From Octopus vulgaris (lineage: Eukaryota), in contig OX597823.1 of the NCBI GenBank assembly GCA_951406725.2, forward strand, positions 114,452,001-114,516,000: DNA of 64,000 nucleotides. Direction: 5' to 3'. A program made the translations under genes and the position numbers. The stretch's first letter is position 1. Each line of letters begins with the position of its first letter. Below are positions 28,480 through 40,672 of the stretch, piece by piece. The notes under the pieces were generated by a model. It ran no database searches. It saw only the letters and a list, made by a program, of their open reading frames with translations, and was not told the DNA's origin.

Positions 28480-30600
28480 CCGTTATGGCCCATCAAATAC
28501 ACTACCTAAATCAAAACGCATAAAATGGACATGAGAGGACTACAGCGATGTTTTGAAAGTTGTGTACACAGCCCAACTAAAACTAAATATTAATCTCATT
28601 GTACAAACATATGCTTCATAGAAAATTTATAAGGCAATGAAGTAGGAAGTTGTATGGATGTAGATAGATTAAGTTATACATGTAGAAACACCATTAAAAA
28701 CAAAAGACTAACTGATGCTGAAATTGACGAAATTTGGACACAAATATCTCTGATAGACCAAATAAAAACAGTAACCAAGTAGATGAAATAGGTAACAGAA
28801 CCACAGAATCTATTATAAGAGCAGTAAATCTCAACAACAAAGAATAACGAAGTAAAGAAATTTTGCAATACTAAAAAACATAGATCTATCTCCTGAACAC
28901 CAAAATGGTTATGGCACAGAATTTGAGAAGAATAATAGCGAAATGATTAGTGAAGCAAAAGTAGACATTATGAGAAATTCCAGCAAAATTGAGTGTACTG
29001 GCATGGTTAATAGAGAACCACTACCGATGTTTACTGACAGCACATAGAATTATAGCAAAAATCATGCTCTATAACGTTGCTCTAAAACAGATCTTAAGGG
29101 ATAAGGAAAATACCTTACAACCTTAAATAATCTTATCAATTCCATCGCTAATGTAGCAACTGCTCAATTAGGTATTACGATTATAGAGAAAGAGACAAGA
29201 CATGGATATAAATCTCCTTTTGGTATTAATACGAAAAGAGATTGAATCTCTGCCGGTGGTTATATTAGTTCGCGGTGAACATCCTAAAGGAGTATATAGA
29301 AATAAGAAAAGCTAGAAAACTCAAACAAAGCTATAAAATTAAAGACCATGCAAACCTCCCTTCGACTAAGGAACCCTTGAAAAGGGCATACAGTTAAAAG
29401 CCTTACGACTTAGGATGTATGATGAAAACAACAAATTTTATCGTCAAAACGGATGCGAAGAAATTCTATAGGAAAATCGACAAAAGTAAGATAGAGGTAA
29501 AGGAACCACCTAAGATTGAGGACGTGGAATAACTATTGACATATACAAAATCTCTCCCGTCATCAACACATTCTTTAAAATAGTTTCACCAAGTGGAACC
29601 CACCTCCATTTCTAAACCATAGAAGTGATAAGACCCAACCCAATATTATCAACATCAAACGAGGCATCTGCCAGGGTTACTCCCTCTCCCCATTACTCTT
29701 GCATCGCACTGAACCCACTGTCAAACGAATTAAATAACACCAGATATCGATACAAAAACTGTTTACAAGATAACAAACCTTCCTGTTTTTTCATGGACGG
29801 TCTTAGGCTATTTGCAAGGAGTGAGCAAGAAGAAGAGCAAATAATAACTGTTAAAGGGTTTAGCAATGATAAGAGGATGGATTTTGGCCTCGATAATTGT
29901 GCTAAAGTAAATTTTGTAAGATGCAATCTCAAATCGACAAGTACATTTAATTTGATATCAACTCTGTTATCAAGAACTTGATACACAAGAAACATATAAA
30001 TACCTGGGTACAAACGAAGGAAAAGACAAATTTTGCCACTATGGAGGGGGTGGGGGATAAGAATGGAGTATTATAGAAGAATAAGACTTGTATTAAAGAC
30101 TGAACTTAACTCCAAATAAATAGCATCGAATCCATTAACACCCTAGGAATTCCTCTCGTTCTGAACAGTTTTAATATCAGTAACTGGAATTGTACGGAAC
30201 TCCTACTCATGGACAGGAAGACAAGAAAATTATTTCAATCTAAAAACATGTACCATTTTAGGCAGCCGTTGATGATCTGTACCTGCCTAGAAGCAGTCGG
30301 GAAGAGGAATGATGCAATTAGAACTCTGCTATACAACCTACACTGTACGCATGAACAGGGACTTGCATGGAACTGAATTCTGCAGCTTGTGTACGAACGT
30401 AAAAGCAGCAAAACATAGCATTCTGTTGTCGAAGAAGATTCTAAATGTGCAAGGGAACTTTATGTTAAACTTAAAGTTGATGAAGAACCTGAAACCATTG
30501 CTACCAAGCAAGCAAAACGAGTCAAGTAGGCTGCTAAAAAGAAAAATGGCCAGAAACATATGAAGGAACGGTGGAACTAGAAGTCTCTGAATTGACAAAA
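28480..30600 (+). mobile_element. Degenerate R4/Dong-like LINE with internal deletion
   Basis: N-terminal KRIKWT*EDY and IKNKRLTDAEIDEI, then DAKKFYRKI. RT pieces GICQGYSLSP, CIALNPLSNELN, FMDGLRLFA, MDFGLDNCAK, YKYLG, EYYRRIRLVLKTELNSK and LYLPRSSRGRGMMQLE. Many stops and frameshifts. Confidence 0.88.
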
Positions 30601-30679
30601 GTTACTTTAACATACTTATCGAGGCCAAAAATCTATCTTCATATCATTGCTAAACTCTTTAACAGTTTTTATCAGCTCT

Positions 30680-30686
30680 TCACACA

Positions 30687-30772
<86 letters not shown>

Positions 30773-30941
30773 CATATGCGACGGGCTTCTTCCAGTTTCC
30801 GTCTACCAAATCCACTCACAAGGCTTTGTTCGGCCCGAGGCTATAGTAGAAGACACTTGCCCAAGGCGCCATGAAGTGGGACTGAACCCATGACCATGTG
30901 GTTGGTAAGCAAGCTACTTACCACATAGCCACTCCTGCGCC
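30680..30941 (-). mobile_element. SINE family A 5' half, ending in its internal microsatellite
   Basis: Well-conserved reverse complement of the head and body. The tail is missing. Confidence 0.88.
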
Positions 30942-31864
30942 TATATAACAAGATATAGTATATTCTGAACTTGATTTTCTTGCTCAAGTTTCTCTTGATC
31001 AATAGTTCATCTAATTTCTGTCCATAGAGCCTTCTTTTAAGAAATTAGTGTATATTATGAGAGGTGATTAGTTTTCTATTTCTAGTAGGATATATGAGCC
31101 CATAAATGTTCCCATGTTGACTCATACAGTTGACCTTCTTGTTATTAATGTTGTTGTTGTTGTTGTTTTATTTCAATTACCATTATTTATTAGTAGTGTT
31201 ACTATTTCAGTTATTGATGCCTGTCCTTCCTGGTTTTGTTTTTCCCAAAGGAATTTTATTTTCGGTTGTTTTTTCTTCACATATTTTATTTTATTCACAT
31301 TAATTTCATCAAAGTGTTAATGGAATTTAATTTTCTTAAATCAATCCTCGGACATGACTGTTTTTCTGATGTTCTTAGAATATGCAAATTAAAGGCCAAT
31401 ATTTTCCGAAGTAGGTGACCTGTAATGTCTTGTAAAATATTCAGAAGTTTAAAAGAAAAGTTTTATTTTTTTACAACAAAGGAAAAAAAATTCTAAATCA
31501 TGTGAAACAAATATATTTTATTTGTAGATGTTCAAATGAGCAAACCAGATATCTTAAATACAGAACATCAGAAAAGAGAGAAGCAAATGGAAAACAAAAA
31601 ACAAAATGAGCCAGAAAATATCGGAAGAGAGATAATAAGATACAAGACGAATCGTAACCTTGGGTGAGCCACAGACACATATCAATATTTGGAATGTATG
31701 TGGGTGTAGTTGTTTAAATCAGACCTTAGTATATGACTAATATATTACAGCTGACTAAAAATCGTCTATGCGATCGATCTAACTGTAAAATAAACGAACT
31801 TAATTTTCCTTGAATATAATTCAGTTCTCTTCGAAAATGTGTAATCCTTTGGATAATATAGCTA

Positions 31865-32140
31865 TAGGACGAGTGGTTAGGGATTTTACTTGGCAAACAT
31901 AAGATCTTGGGTTCGATCAAAATATTAACGCATCTGAGGCATGAATAATTTACCAAAAATTCTTCGGTTGTTCTAGGCCTTATATCCAAAACTGAGTTGA
32001 CGAAAATCGTCGGATGGCTTATAACGTATGGCATTTTTGAGGGCCATCTTTATCACATTCTATCACATTAATTCCGATTAAAATGTACGTTATGGATTCA
32101 AGTGTCTGTGGAATACTCTGCCATTTACATTATAATTTAA
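31865..32140 (+). mobile_element. Old tRNA-headed SINE with T2-like tail
   Basis: AGTGGTTAGGG..GGGTTCGATC head. GTGTCTGTGGAATACTCTGCCA resembles the sequence near 46156 and 57601. Confidence 0.55.
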
Positions 32141-32535
32141 AATGTAGGACGTGCAGATGATCAAAAAAATTAAAAAGTTTCACCGTCGATAACGATGGAG
32201 GAATGATATACGTAGTAGGAACAACATAAAGTTTTAAACATAGGTGGGCGTAATTGTGTTATAAAAATCATGGAATTAATAATGCCAATAACAATACCAG
32301 GGAAGCATAAAAAATAAAGTCGACTAGGTGGCTATTTGAACCAATAAAAGAATAAGACGTAAGCACACGGAATGGTATTATCTGGCACCCTACCTTTTCT
32401 ACCAAAATCAATCATATACGCGATGTCTATAAGGTAAGTTACAATACAATGTCTTTTCTTTACACAGGCAACACAACCTCGCTGTTATAAATATTGTTGT
32501 TAAGTTCTTTCAGTTATTATTATTATTATTATTAC

Positions 32536-32612
<77 letters not shown>

Positions 32613-32689
32613 CTTTTTCTCCCAGGCTTTGTTGCAACACTTGTTGTCTTGCATGCGTAGAGGGCGCGCTATCTGCAACCTACAGTACT

Positions 32690-33055
32690 ATGCGGAAGCT
32701 AGCTGGCAGTATGGTTAGCACACCGAACAAAATGCTTTCCTGCTTTCTGTCCGTCTTTATACACTGAGTTCAAATTCACTCGAATTCAACATTGGCTTTT
32801 ATTCTTTTCGGGGTCGATGAAATAAGTTCCAGTCGAGTAGTGGGATCAGCGAGCTGGCAGACACATTAGCACGCTGAGCAAACGGCTTAGTGGCGTTTTG
32901 TCCGCCTTTTTCAAGTCTGAGTTCCAATCCTGTCGAGATCAGTTTACCTTTCATTCGGGTTAATTAAATAAGTACCAGTTGAACACTGGGGTCGATATAA
33001 TCCACTTCCCTCCTCCTCCAAAATTGCTAGCTTTTGTACTAAAATTTGACATTAT
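32690..33055 (+). mobile_element. Two tandem diverged SINE family B copies
   Basis: AGCTGGCAG..TTAGCAC heads at ~32700 and ~32851, each followed by a B-box and a family B core (partly deleted in the second copy). Confidence 0.8.
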
Positions 33056-33064
33056 CGTCCTTAT

Positions 33065-33255
33065 TATTAATTTGATTTCCCTCAGGTACGGTCTTGTTCC
33101 TGGTAACATTTACGTGAGTAGCAGCATACTAAGTGTAACCTTAGTTATCCACAAGCTTTCAGTAGACTTTCAAGTACTTAGAACCCTCCTGATAATCCAT
33201 GCTGTCCCTAAGAAACAAATTTTCTGCAGGAGCTCTACCGGGCATACTATTCCAT
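33065..33255 (-). mobile_element. Extremely 5'-truncated R4/Dong-like LINE 3' end abutting (TAA)n
   Basis: Encodes VELLQKICFLGTAWIIRRVLST*, comparable to the C-terminus of the 34509-36775 copy (IQKIALLGTAHILRRTLS). Confidence 0.75.
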
Positions 33256-33288
33256 TTTTATTATTATTACTATTATTATTATTATTAC

Positions 33289-33328
<40 letters not shown>

Positions 33329-33680
33329 GAGTGAGAGAGCAGTGCATCCCATAAAAGTGACACTGTAGTAAAATATACGAAGCCCAGTATACCCATCATG
33401 ACTACCCGTCTGATAAGGGTACACCAGGCACATGCATCACAACCATATGTGCGCGACATGGTAATCTCATATCAAGATAAACAGCGCATGACCTTGCAGG
33501 TGGGGCCCAGTTAGAATTTTCGTGAAAAGGTCCCTGAATAAGGATTGCTTAAGGATGTTAAACGAACCTCCGATGTTTCCAAAGGTGAATTATCCAAACC
33601 TCCAAAGAATTCCTTTCAACACACCGCTACGATGCACCCACCTCCAAGAATTCCTTTCAACACACGGCTATGTTGCTCCC
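33329..33680 (-). mobile_element. Non-coding insert flanked on both sides by (TAT)n, with internal ~35-bp tandem duplication
   Basis: Sharp boundaries at the (TAT)n arrays. AAGAATTCCTTTCAACACAC is duplicated near 33605 and 33646. Strand is inferred from the (AAT)n tail. Confidence 0.55.
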
Positions 33681-33751
<71 letters not shown>

Positions 33752-34270
33752 TGTAGTTTTACTATTTCACTAACTGATATTATCATTCGCGGTTATCTTA
33801 TTCACTGTGGAATTCTATTTTCAGTTATGTTTCCTATCGTTCGTTTTATTCTTATTAATTTCATCAAAGTCCTACTGGAATTTAATTTTCTAAAATCAAT
33901 CCTTACACCTGATGGTTTTCTGCTGTTCATAGAATATGCAAATGACAGGTCAATATTTTCCGAAATAGGTGATCTGTAACGTTAAAAAGAAACCAATAGC
34001 AAAAGATTCAAAAATTCGAAAATGGGCGATACGTTACAATGGGGAAAACATGTCATATTAAAACAAAGGCAAAAAAAAAAGAGATTCATAACACAGGCAG
34101 ACGAACATAAATTCAGGATCGAATGAGGAAAGAACCGGGACCGGATTAAGACACATAGAGGCTCTACGCACTAAAAGTATTTTGGTGCCCTCGTATATAT
34201 ATAATTCAAAATATAATCAATAGTAAACGATAAAATTATTTATTTTTATTTTTCAGCATTACAAAAACTA

Positions 34271-34438
34271 GTTCCATATTTAAGAGATTTGGAATTATGT
34301 ACATTATTCACATTATTTACATTCGATGGATATTTGTCCTCATCTTTGTTGTTAACACAACGTTTCGGCTGATATAATCTCCAGCCTTCATCTGGTGAAA
34401 TTTCGAAACTGAGTTCTCATTCCTAAGGTATTTTTCCA

Positions 34439-34440
<2 letters not shown>
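34271..34440 (-). mobile_element. 3' half of hammerhead-bearing SINE family D (split by LINE insertion)
   Basis: Reverse complement of 39570-39720. The hammerhead core is mutated (CAGATGA-AGGCTG..CAGCC-GAAAC-GTT-GTGTT). Confidence 0.88.
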
Positions 34441-34508
<68 letters not shown>

Positions 34509-34511
<3 letters not shown>

Positions 34512-35491
34512 TAGTTTTATTTTTATAGCGCGCTTTCACTTCACTACCGAGCGCAGCTCTGTGTGCCTTAGGTATGTGCTGTGATTTGTTGTGATGCTCT
34601 GATGGTTATTGTATGGAAAGTGTTCTGCGTAGGATGTGTGCAGTGCCCAGTAGTGCAATTTTCTGTATGTTATATGTGTTTGTAAGTCCTGGTGTTTTTG
34701 TTATGTATTTGTCTGAATATTTTTTTTATCATGCCTAATGCACCTACTATGATAGGAATTGTTTCTGTTTTTAGATTCCACATTCTTGTTACCTCTATTT
34801 CCAGGTCTTTGTATTTTGAAAGTTTCTCCATTTCTTTTAGAGACACGTTGTCATCTGCCGGTATTGATACATCAATTAGAAAGCATTTTTTTTCTTCATG
34901 ATCTCTGACAACTATATCTGGTCTGTTGGCCTTAATTACTCTATCTGTGTGTATCGGCATATCCCAGAGTATGGTTGCTTTCTCGTTTTCTGTGACCTTT
35001 TCTGGTGTGTGCCTATACCATCTTTTTTCTGTTGTTATTCCATAATGTTGGCATAGCTTCCAATGTATGTAGGTTCCAACTTTGTCATGTCTGTGAATAT
35101 ATTCCTTCTTAGCCAGGACTGGGCAGCCAGAGATAATATGATTTATTGTTTCTTGTCCATCTCCACATATTCTGCAGTTACTTTGTTATATTTCTTTTCA
35201 TTACAAGTTTTTGGTAATTTCTGGTGGCGAGGCTTTGGTCTTGTGCTGCAATTAAAAATCCCCCTGTCTCTGCTTTGAGTCCTGAGCTTCTCAACCATTG
35301 CTGGTATTTTTCTTTGTCTATTTCTTTTGCGTTTAGTTTAGTCCAATATTTACCATGGAGGGGCTTTTCTTGCCATCGTTTTATCATGGTTCGTTGCTGT
35401 TCTGTTTTTAGTTTGGATTTCATTTGTTTTATAGCTTTTGTTGTTTCTTCTTCTTCTTCTTCTTCTTCTTCTTCTTCTTCTTCTTCTTCTT

Positions 35492-35522
<31 letters not shown>

Positions 35523-36775
35523 TTTATTAGATGGTATGATTTCTTGTTTGTATTTTTCAGCTTCCTTAAATACTGAGAACAGTTTTTTGTTTTGCTCGTG
35601 TTTTGCCGCTATTTGTACCAGTTTTCCTTCCTTCTGAAGTAGATATTTTTGCAGTCCTATGGTGGTCATTTTATAGTAGTTTTCCAGTTGTATAAGGCCT
35701 CTACCACCTTCTATACGTTGTATATATAGTCTTTCTATGTCAGATTTTGGGTGATGCATCCTAGATCCTGTCATTATTTTTCTTGTTTTCCTATCTATTT
35801 TGGTCAGTTCATTTAGTGTCCAGTTAAGATATTGTAGCTGTAACTTATAACTGGGACAGCTAAAGTGTTAATACCTATTATCTTGTTTTTAGCATTGAAC
35901 TCTGTTTTTAGTATTGATCTAACTCGTCTATAATATTCTTTTTTTATTTTCTCTTTCATTTGTGTGTGTTGTGTCTTATCTAGTTCATGGATTCCTAAGT
36001 ATTTGTAAGTTTGGCTTTGGTCTAATTCTTTTATTTCATTGGTTTTATCTAGTGTGATGTTGCTACTCTTAACTAGTTTTCCTCTTTTCATGGTTACTTT
36101 GGCGCATTTTTCTAATCCAAATTTCATATCTATTTCTTTGGTAAATCCATGAACTGTCTTTAATAGTGTTTCCAGCTGTTTGTCATTTGCAGCGTATAGT
36201 TTTAGGTCATCCATATATAAAAGGTGGCGGATCGTTTTGCCGTAACATTTATATCCGCATCCAGTTCTATTTAGCATATCAGATAGAGGTGACAGTGCCA
36301 AGCAGAAAAGGAGTGGAGAGAGTGTCTCCCTGGAATATTCCTCTTCTAATGGGGATGTCTTTGGTTTTCATGAGTCCCTCTTTTGTTTGGAGCTGTAGCA
36401 CGGTTTGCCATTTATTCATAGAGTGCCCTATGAATTTTATAAGGGTTGGTGCTACTTTGTTAATGGTTAGTGTTTCGAGGATCCATGTGTGGGGGATGCT
36501 ATCAAACGCCTTTTTGTAATCGATCCAAGCCATACTGAGGCCTTTCTTCTTTCTGTGGCTGTCTTCAGTTATGGCTTTATTAATCATTAGTTGATCTTTA
36601 CAGCCATATGAGCCTTTGCGGCATCCTTTCTGCTCTTCTGGAAACAGGTTGTTTTCGTCCAGGTGCTTGTTCAACCTTTGCGTTACCACTGCAGTAAATG
36701 CCTTGTATATTGTAGGGAGACATGTTATTGGTCTGTAGTTTTCTGGTTTTGCTGTCTCATATGATTTGGGAAATA
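34509..36775 (-). mobile_element. 5'-truncated R4/Dong-like non-LTR retrotransposon (RT + CCHC + restriction-like endonuclease), pseudogenised
   Basis: RT motifs PENYRPITCL, EQKGC, AWIDYKKAFDS, GIFQGD, LLYMDDLKLYA and YKYLG. Zinc knuckle CRICGDGQETINHIISGC. RLE motifs RHD, RPDIV, IDVSIP and KLSKY. Several frameshifts and one stop. (TAA)n on both sides. Confidence 0.96.
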
Positions 36776-36857
36776 ATTAAAATTATTATTATTATTTTTA
36801 TTATTATTATTATTATCATTATTATTATTATTATTGTTGTTGTTGTTGTTGTTATTG

Positions 36858-36935
36858 TTCAGGTCACTGCTTGGAATCGAACTCGGAATCTTGGGGTTAG
36901 TTGCCCGCGCTCTTAACCACTACGCCATATGCCCG
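36858..36935 (-). mobile_element. tRNA-like head of the split family D element
   Basis: GGCATATGGCGTAGTGGTTAAGAGCGCGGG..CCGAGTTCGATTCCAAGCAGTGACCTG (A and B boxes), followed by (AAC/AAT)n. Confidence 0.9.
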
Positions 36936-36937
36936 TA

Positions 36938-37098
36938 GGCATATGGCGTAGTGGTTAAGAGAACCCAGGTTCGAAATTTCCCCAAGATACCTGAAGAAGG
37001 CCGGAGTATATAACAGCCGAAAAGTTGTGTTAACAACAAACAAGATGAGGACAAATATCCGTCGAATGTAAATAATGTAAACAATGTAAATAATGTAA
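36938..37098 (+). mobile_element. Internally deleted family D copy, head-to-head with the minus-strand copy
   Basis: The first 24 nt of the head are joined directly to AACCCAGGTTCGAAATTTCCCC-hammerhead-(AATGTAAAT)n. Confidence 0.88.
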
Positions 37099-37787
37099 AA
37101 AAACTGACAGTGAGATCTTTAATTTTGTATGTTTCTAGTTTACTAATTTTCTAATTGCAGAGTCTTTGATGAGATTCTCATTTTGACACCATGAATACTT
37201 CGAAATTAGATTTTCGATCACCTCGAATATTATTTTAGCACGTTTAATGTGATTATTTTGTGCCGTAAACAATTTCCCATTTCTGTGTTACACTCTTCCC
37301 TTGATCTCTTAAACTCGTTATTATTTTGCTTAATGATTAAACCAGCGCTGAAAAGATCAAACATATGATGATAAGAAAAACTCTGTTTAAGGAACAACCT
37401 CTGACATGGTTTCAAGCAAGGTAGAGACTTTGCCACCTAAACATGTTTAGCAGCTTTAACACTAGCACAATTGCACAAGGTCGACCAATGATTTGTGAGT
37501 TGATTTGGTAGACGGGAAGCTGGAAGAAGAATGTCGCACACGCGCTCACACCACACACACACAAACTCACACACACACACATGCATGTATGTTTATTATC
37601 CACAGCATATACTCAATGTTTGTGCTTTACTTGTTTGCTGGTTCACTGCGGCATAGCGATTTGGGGATGGCACCCTCATAGACATAAATGTTAAAACACC
37701 TTAAAGTCATAGACAGTCGAAATAACTCGCCTACAAACCTATTCAGGAGTGACGGATATCGATATGTCGCCATTTATGGGATTCTCA

Positions 37788-37855
37788 AGTCGACCTCGGC
37801 GGAATTTGAACTCAGAACATAACGGCAGACGAAATACCGCTAAGCATTTCGCCTT
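37788..37855 (-). mobile_element. SINE family B fragment
   Basis: AAGTCGACCTCGGCGGAATTTGAACTCAGAAC..GAAATACCGCTAAGCATTTCGCC. Confidence 0.8.
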
Positions 37856-38316
37856 CCCTGTAGTTATCAGTATTTTCATTCATACATAGAATATCTAAGA
37901 CAACCTTATTGAATGACACAATTTTAGGGCTGAGATCTGAAGACATGTGTATGTAAGTTCCCTCAGGAGAAAAGTCTGTTTGGACCCAATGATATTAACA
38001 CGTTACTTACAATAAAAGACAATATGATCGAAAACTAGCAAGGTTCGATTCCTTATAAATTTAGTTAAAAAATATCCTCTCAGCATATATAGATTCAACA
38101 ACTGATGAAAGATCGACTCAGTATAGAAGGAAATATTGATCATATATGCAACTCCCTGGGATATGTTTTAATTTGTGTTAGCGTATATATATGAACACAC
38201 AATGTACAAACTCTCACATACGAAAGCACATCCACACACACACACACACACAGACAAACACACACACACACACACACACACATACACACACATATATATA
38301 TATGTATATGTATACT

Positions 38317-38418
<102 letters not shown>

Positions 38419-38486
38419 GGTGTACGTATATATATATATTTATACATTCATCTATATATACATACATATGCATATATATACATATT

Positions 38487-38541
<55 letters not shown>

Positions 38542-39095
38542 GTATATATATTCATAATACGTATGTGAGAGTGTGAGTGTTTTAGGCTCTGTATGTGTAT
38601 GTGTGGGTAAGTAAATGGTTGGCTATTATACATTAATAACGAATATATTCAATGTTAGATGCTTTTATCGATATTATAATAATAGAAATTTCCTTATATC
38701 TGTACATGATTAATGCTTATCTTAATAGATTATATAATCTGGTATTTTTGAAAAATAACCAGTTTTAGTAAGATAAGAATTGTAATTGAGAATTGTGATG
38801 TGATATATTACACAGAAACGTATTAAGGATTGAAAAATATCTGTTAATGAATGACAATTGAATGTGTTTATGGGTTTCTGAATAAAATATACATTAAAAT
38901 CCATAAATATATTTAACGTTATAAGTAATATATTTCTACATGTTCTTATACTGAGATATAAATAATATAAAGGGAAAGGGAATAAATTTTAGAATGGCTT
39001 CAGTCATAAAAATAAAAATATCTTTGATGTTTCAAAGAGAATTGTTCTCCGTTGATGTCGAAGATGAAATGTGAGTATTCAATAGCTATAAAAAT

Positions 39096-39143
<48 letters not shown>

Positions 39144-39319
39144 GCACATACATACATACACACATCTTGCGTCTCAAGTATTGTAATCAGTTTGAAATTA
39201 TGCTGGAGAAACATATGAAGTGTAAGGAATGTGTTAAATTAGAAACAATAACGTCTTGCTAAAAGAAGTGATCTAAAAGAAAACCTTTCAAAATAGGCAA
39301 ATATCCTCTCACTCAAACC

Positions 39320-39720
<401 letters not shown>

Positions 39721-39964
39721 CCCCTCACTCTCCCCCTCACATACGACAAGAACACACACGGTATTAGATAGAAAGATAGGTAGATTTAGTCTCCCCGAAA
39801 ATTAGGATTTATCAGGCCGATTTCTTGATTTCCATGGCTTATAAATTGACTGAAATCACAACATACCTACTGCACCGGAATGCATGTCCGTTGCAGGGTT
39901 CAAGTCTAGCAATTTTCCTGGAGGAGAGAAGACGATAACATGTAGCGTAGTACATGTAACCTAT

Positions 39965-40083
39965 TGAACACGAAGGGATGAATCACAAAGTTGTCCTCGT
40001 GGTAGTTGAACTCTGAACGTAAAGAGCAAAGAAATACCGCTAAGCATGTTGTCCGACCTGCTAACTATTCTCCCAGTTCGCCA
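39965..40083 (-). mobile_element. SINE family B-like diverged copy
   Basis: GGATGAATCACAAAGTTGTCCTCG..GAACTCTGAACGT..GAAATACCGCTAAGCAT. Confidence 0.7.
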
Positions 40084-40353
40084 TATTAGACAGATTCTTA
40101 TACATACTGTAAACACACACACACACACGTATACATTTGTATGTGTGTGCGCGTGTTTGTTTGTACGTTTTTATGTATGTATGTACGTATATATACACAC
40201 ACATAAACACAATATGCTATATTATATTATATTATATTATAGTTATCAACTCTAAAGCTACATAAGTGATCCTAGGACGAAGAGTTATGTGCCTAGGTAC
40301 AAACCATAGACTTCACAGTTAATTTGTATATATTTATATATATATATATTTTG

Positions 40354-40408
<55 letters not shown>

Positions 40409-40505
40409 AATATTTGAGTAGTTGAATGAATTATCTTATTATGTATAATTCGGTTAACCGATACCTGGGTAGCAAATTCACGTCAGAAAAACATAAGTTC
40501 CTTGT

Positions 40506-40589
40506 TTTTCCTGATGAGAAGGGCGGCATAATGCACCCCTTATTCCTTCGACATTAGGAATATGCAGCCTTCGAAACATATGTCGAGAA
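40506..40589 (+). ncRNA. Type I hammerhead ribozyme motif, intact core
   Basis: TTTTC-CTGATGA-GAAGG..GCATA...TATGC..CCTTC-GAAAC-ATAT-GTC-GAGAA. It lies in a ~235-bp insert between two (TA)n arrays. Confidence 0.78.
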
Positions 40590-40637
40590 TAAAGGGATTT
40601 TGTTAATAAGTCGTTCAACTCCATTCTTTCACTTATT

Positions 40638-40672
<35 letters not shown>

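Noticed and set aside
31528-31663. Plus-strand open segment between TTTGTAG and GG|GTGAGC
   Set aside because: A-rich sequence is often stop-free, and there are no supporting plus-strand exons.
37160-37210. TTGATGA..GAAA hammerhead-like spacing (similar cases near 12385, 38102 and 61515)
   Set aside because: The stems do not pair convincingly, so these are likely chance matches.
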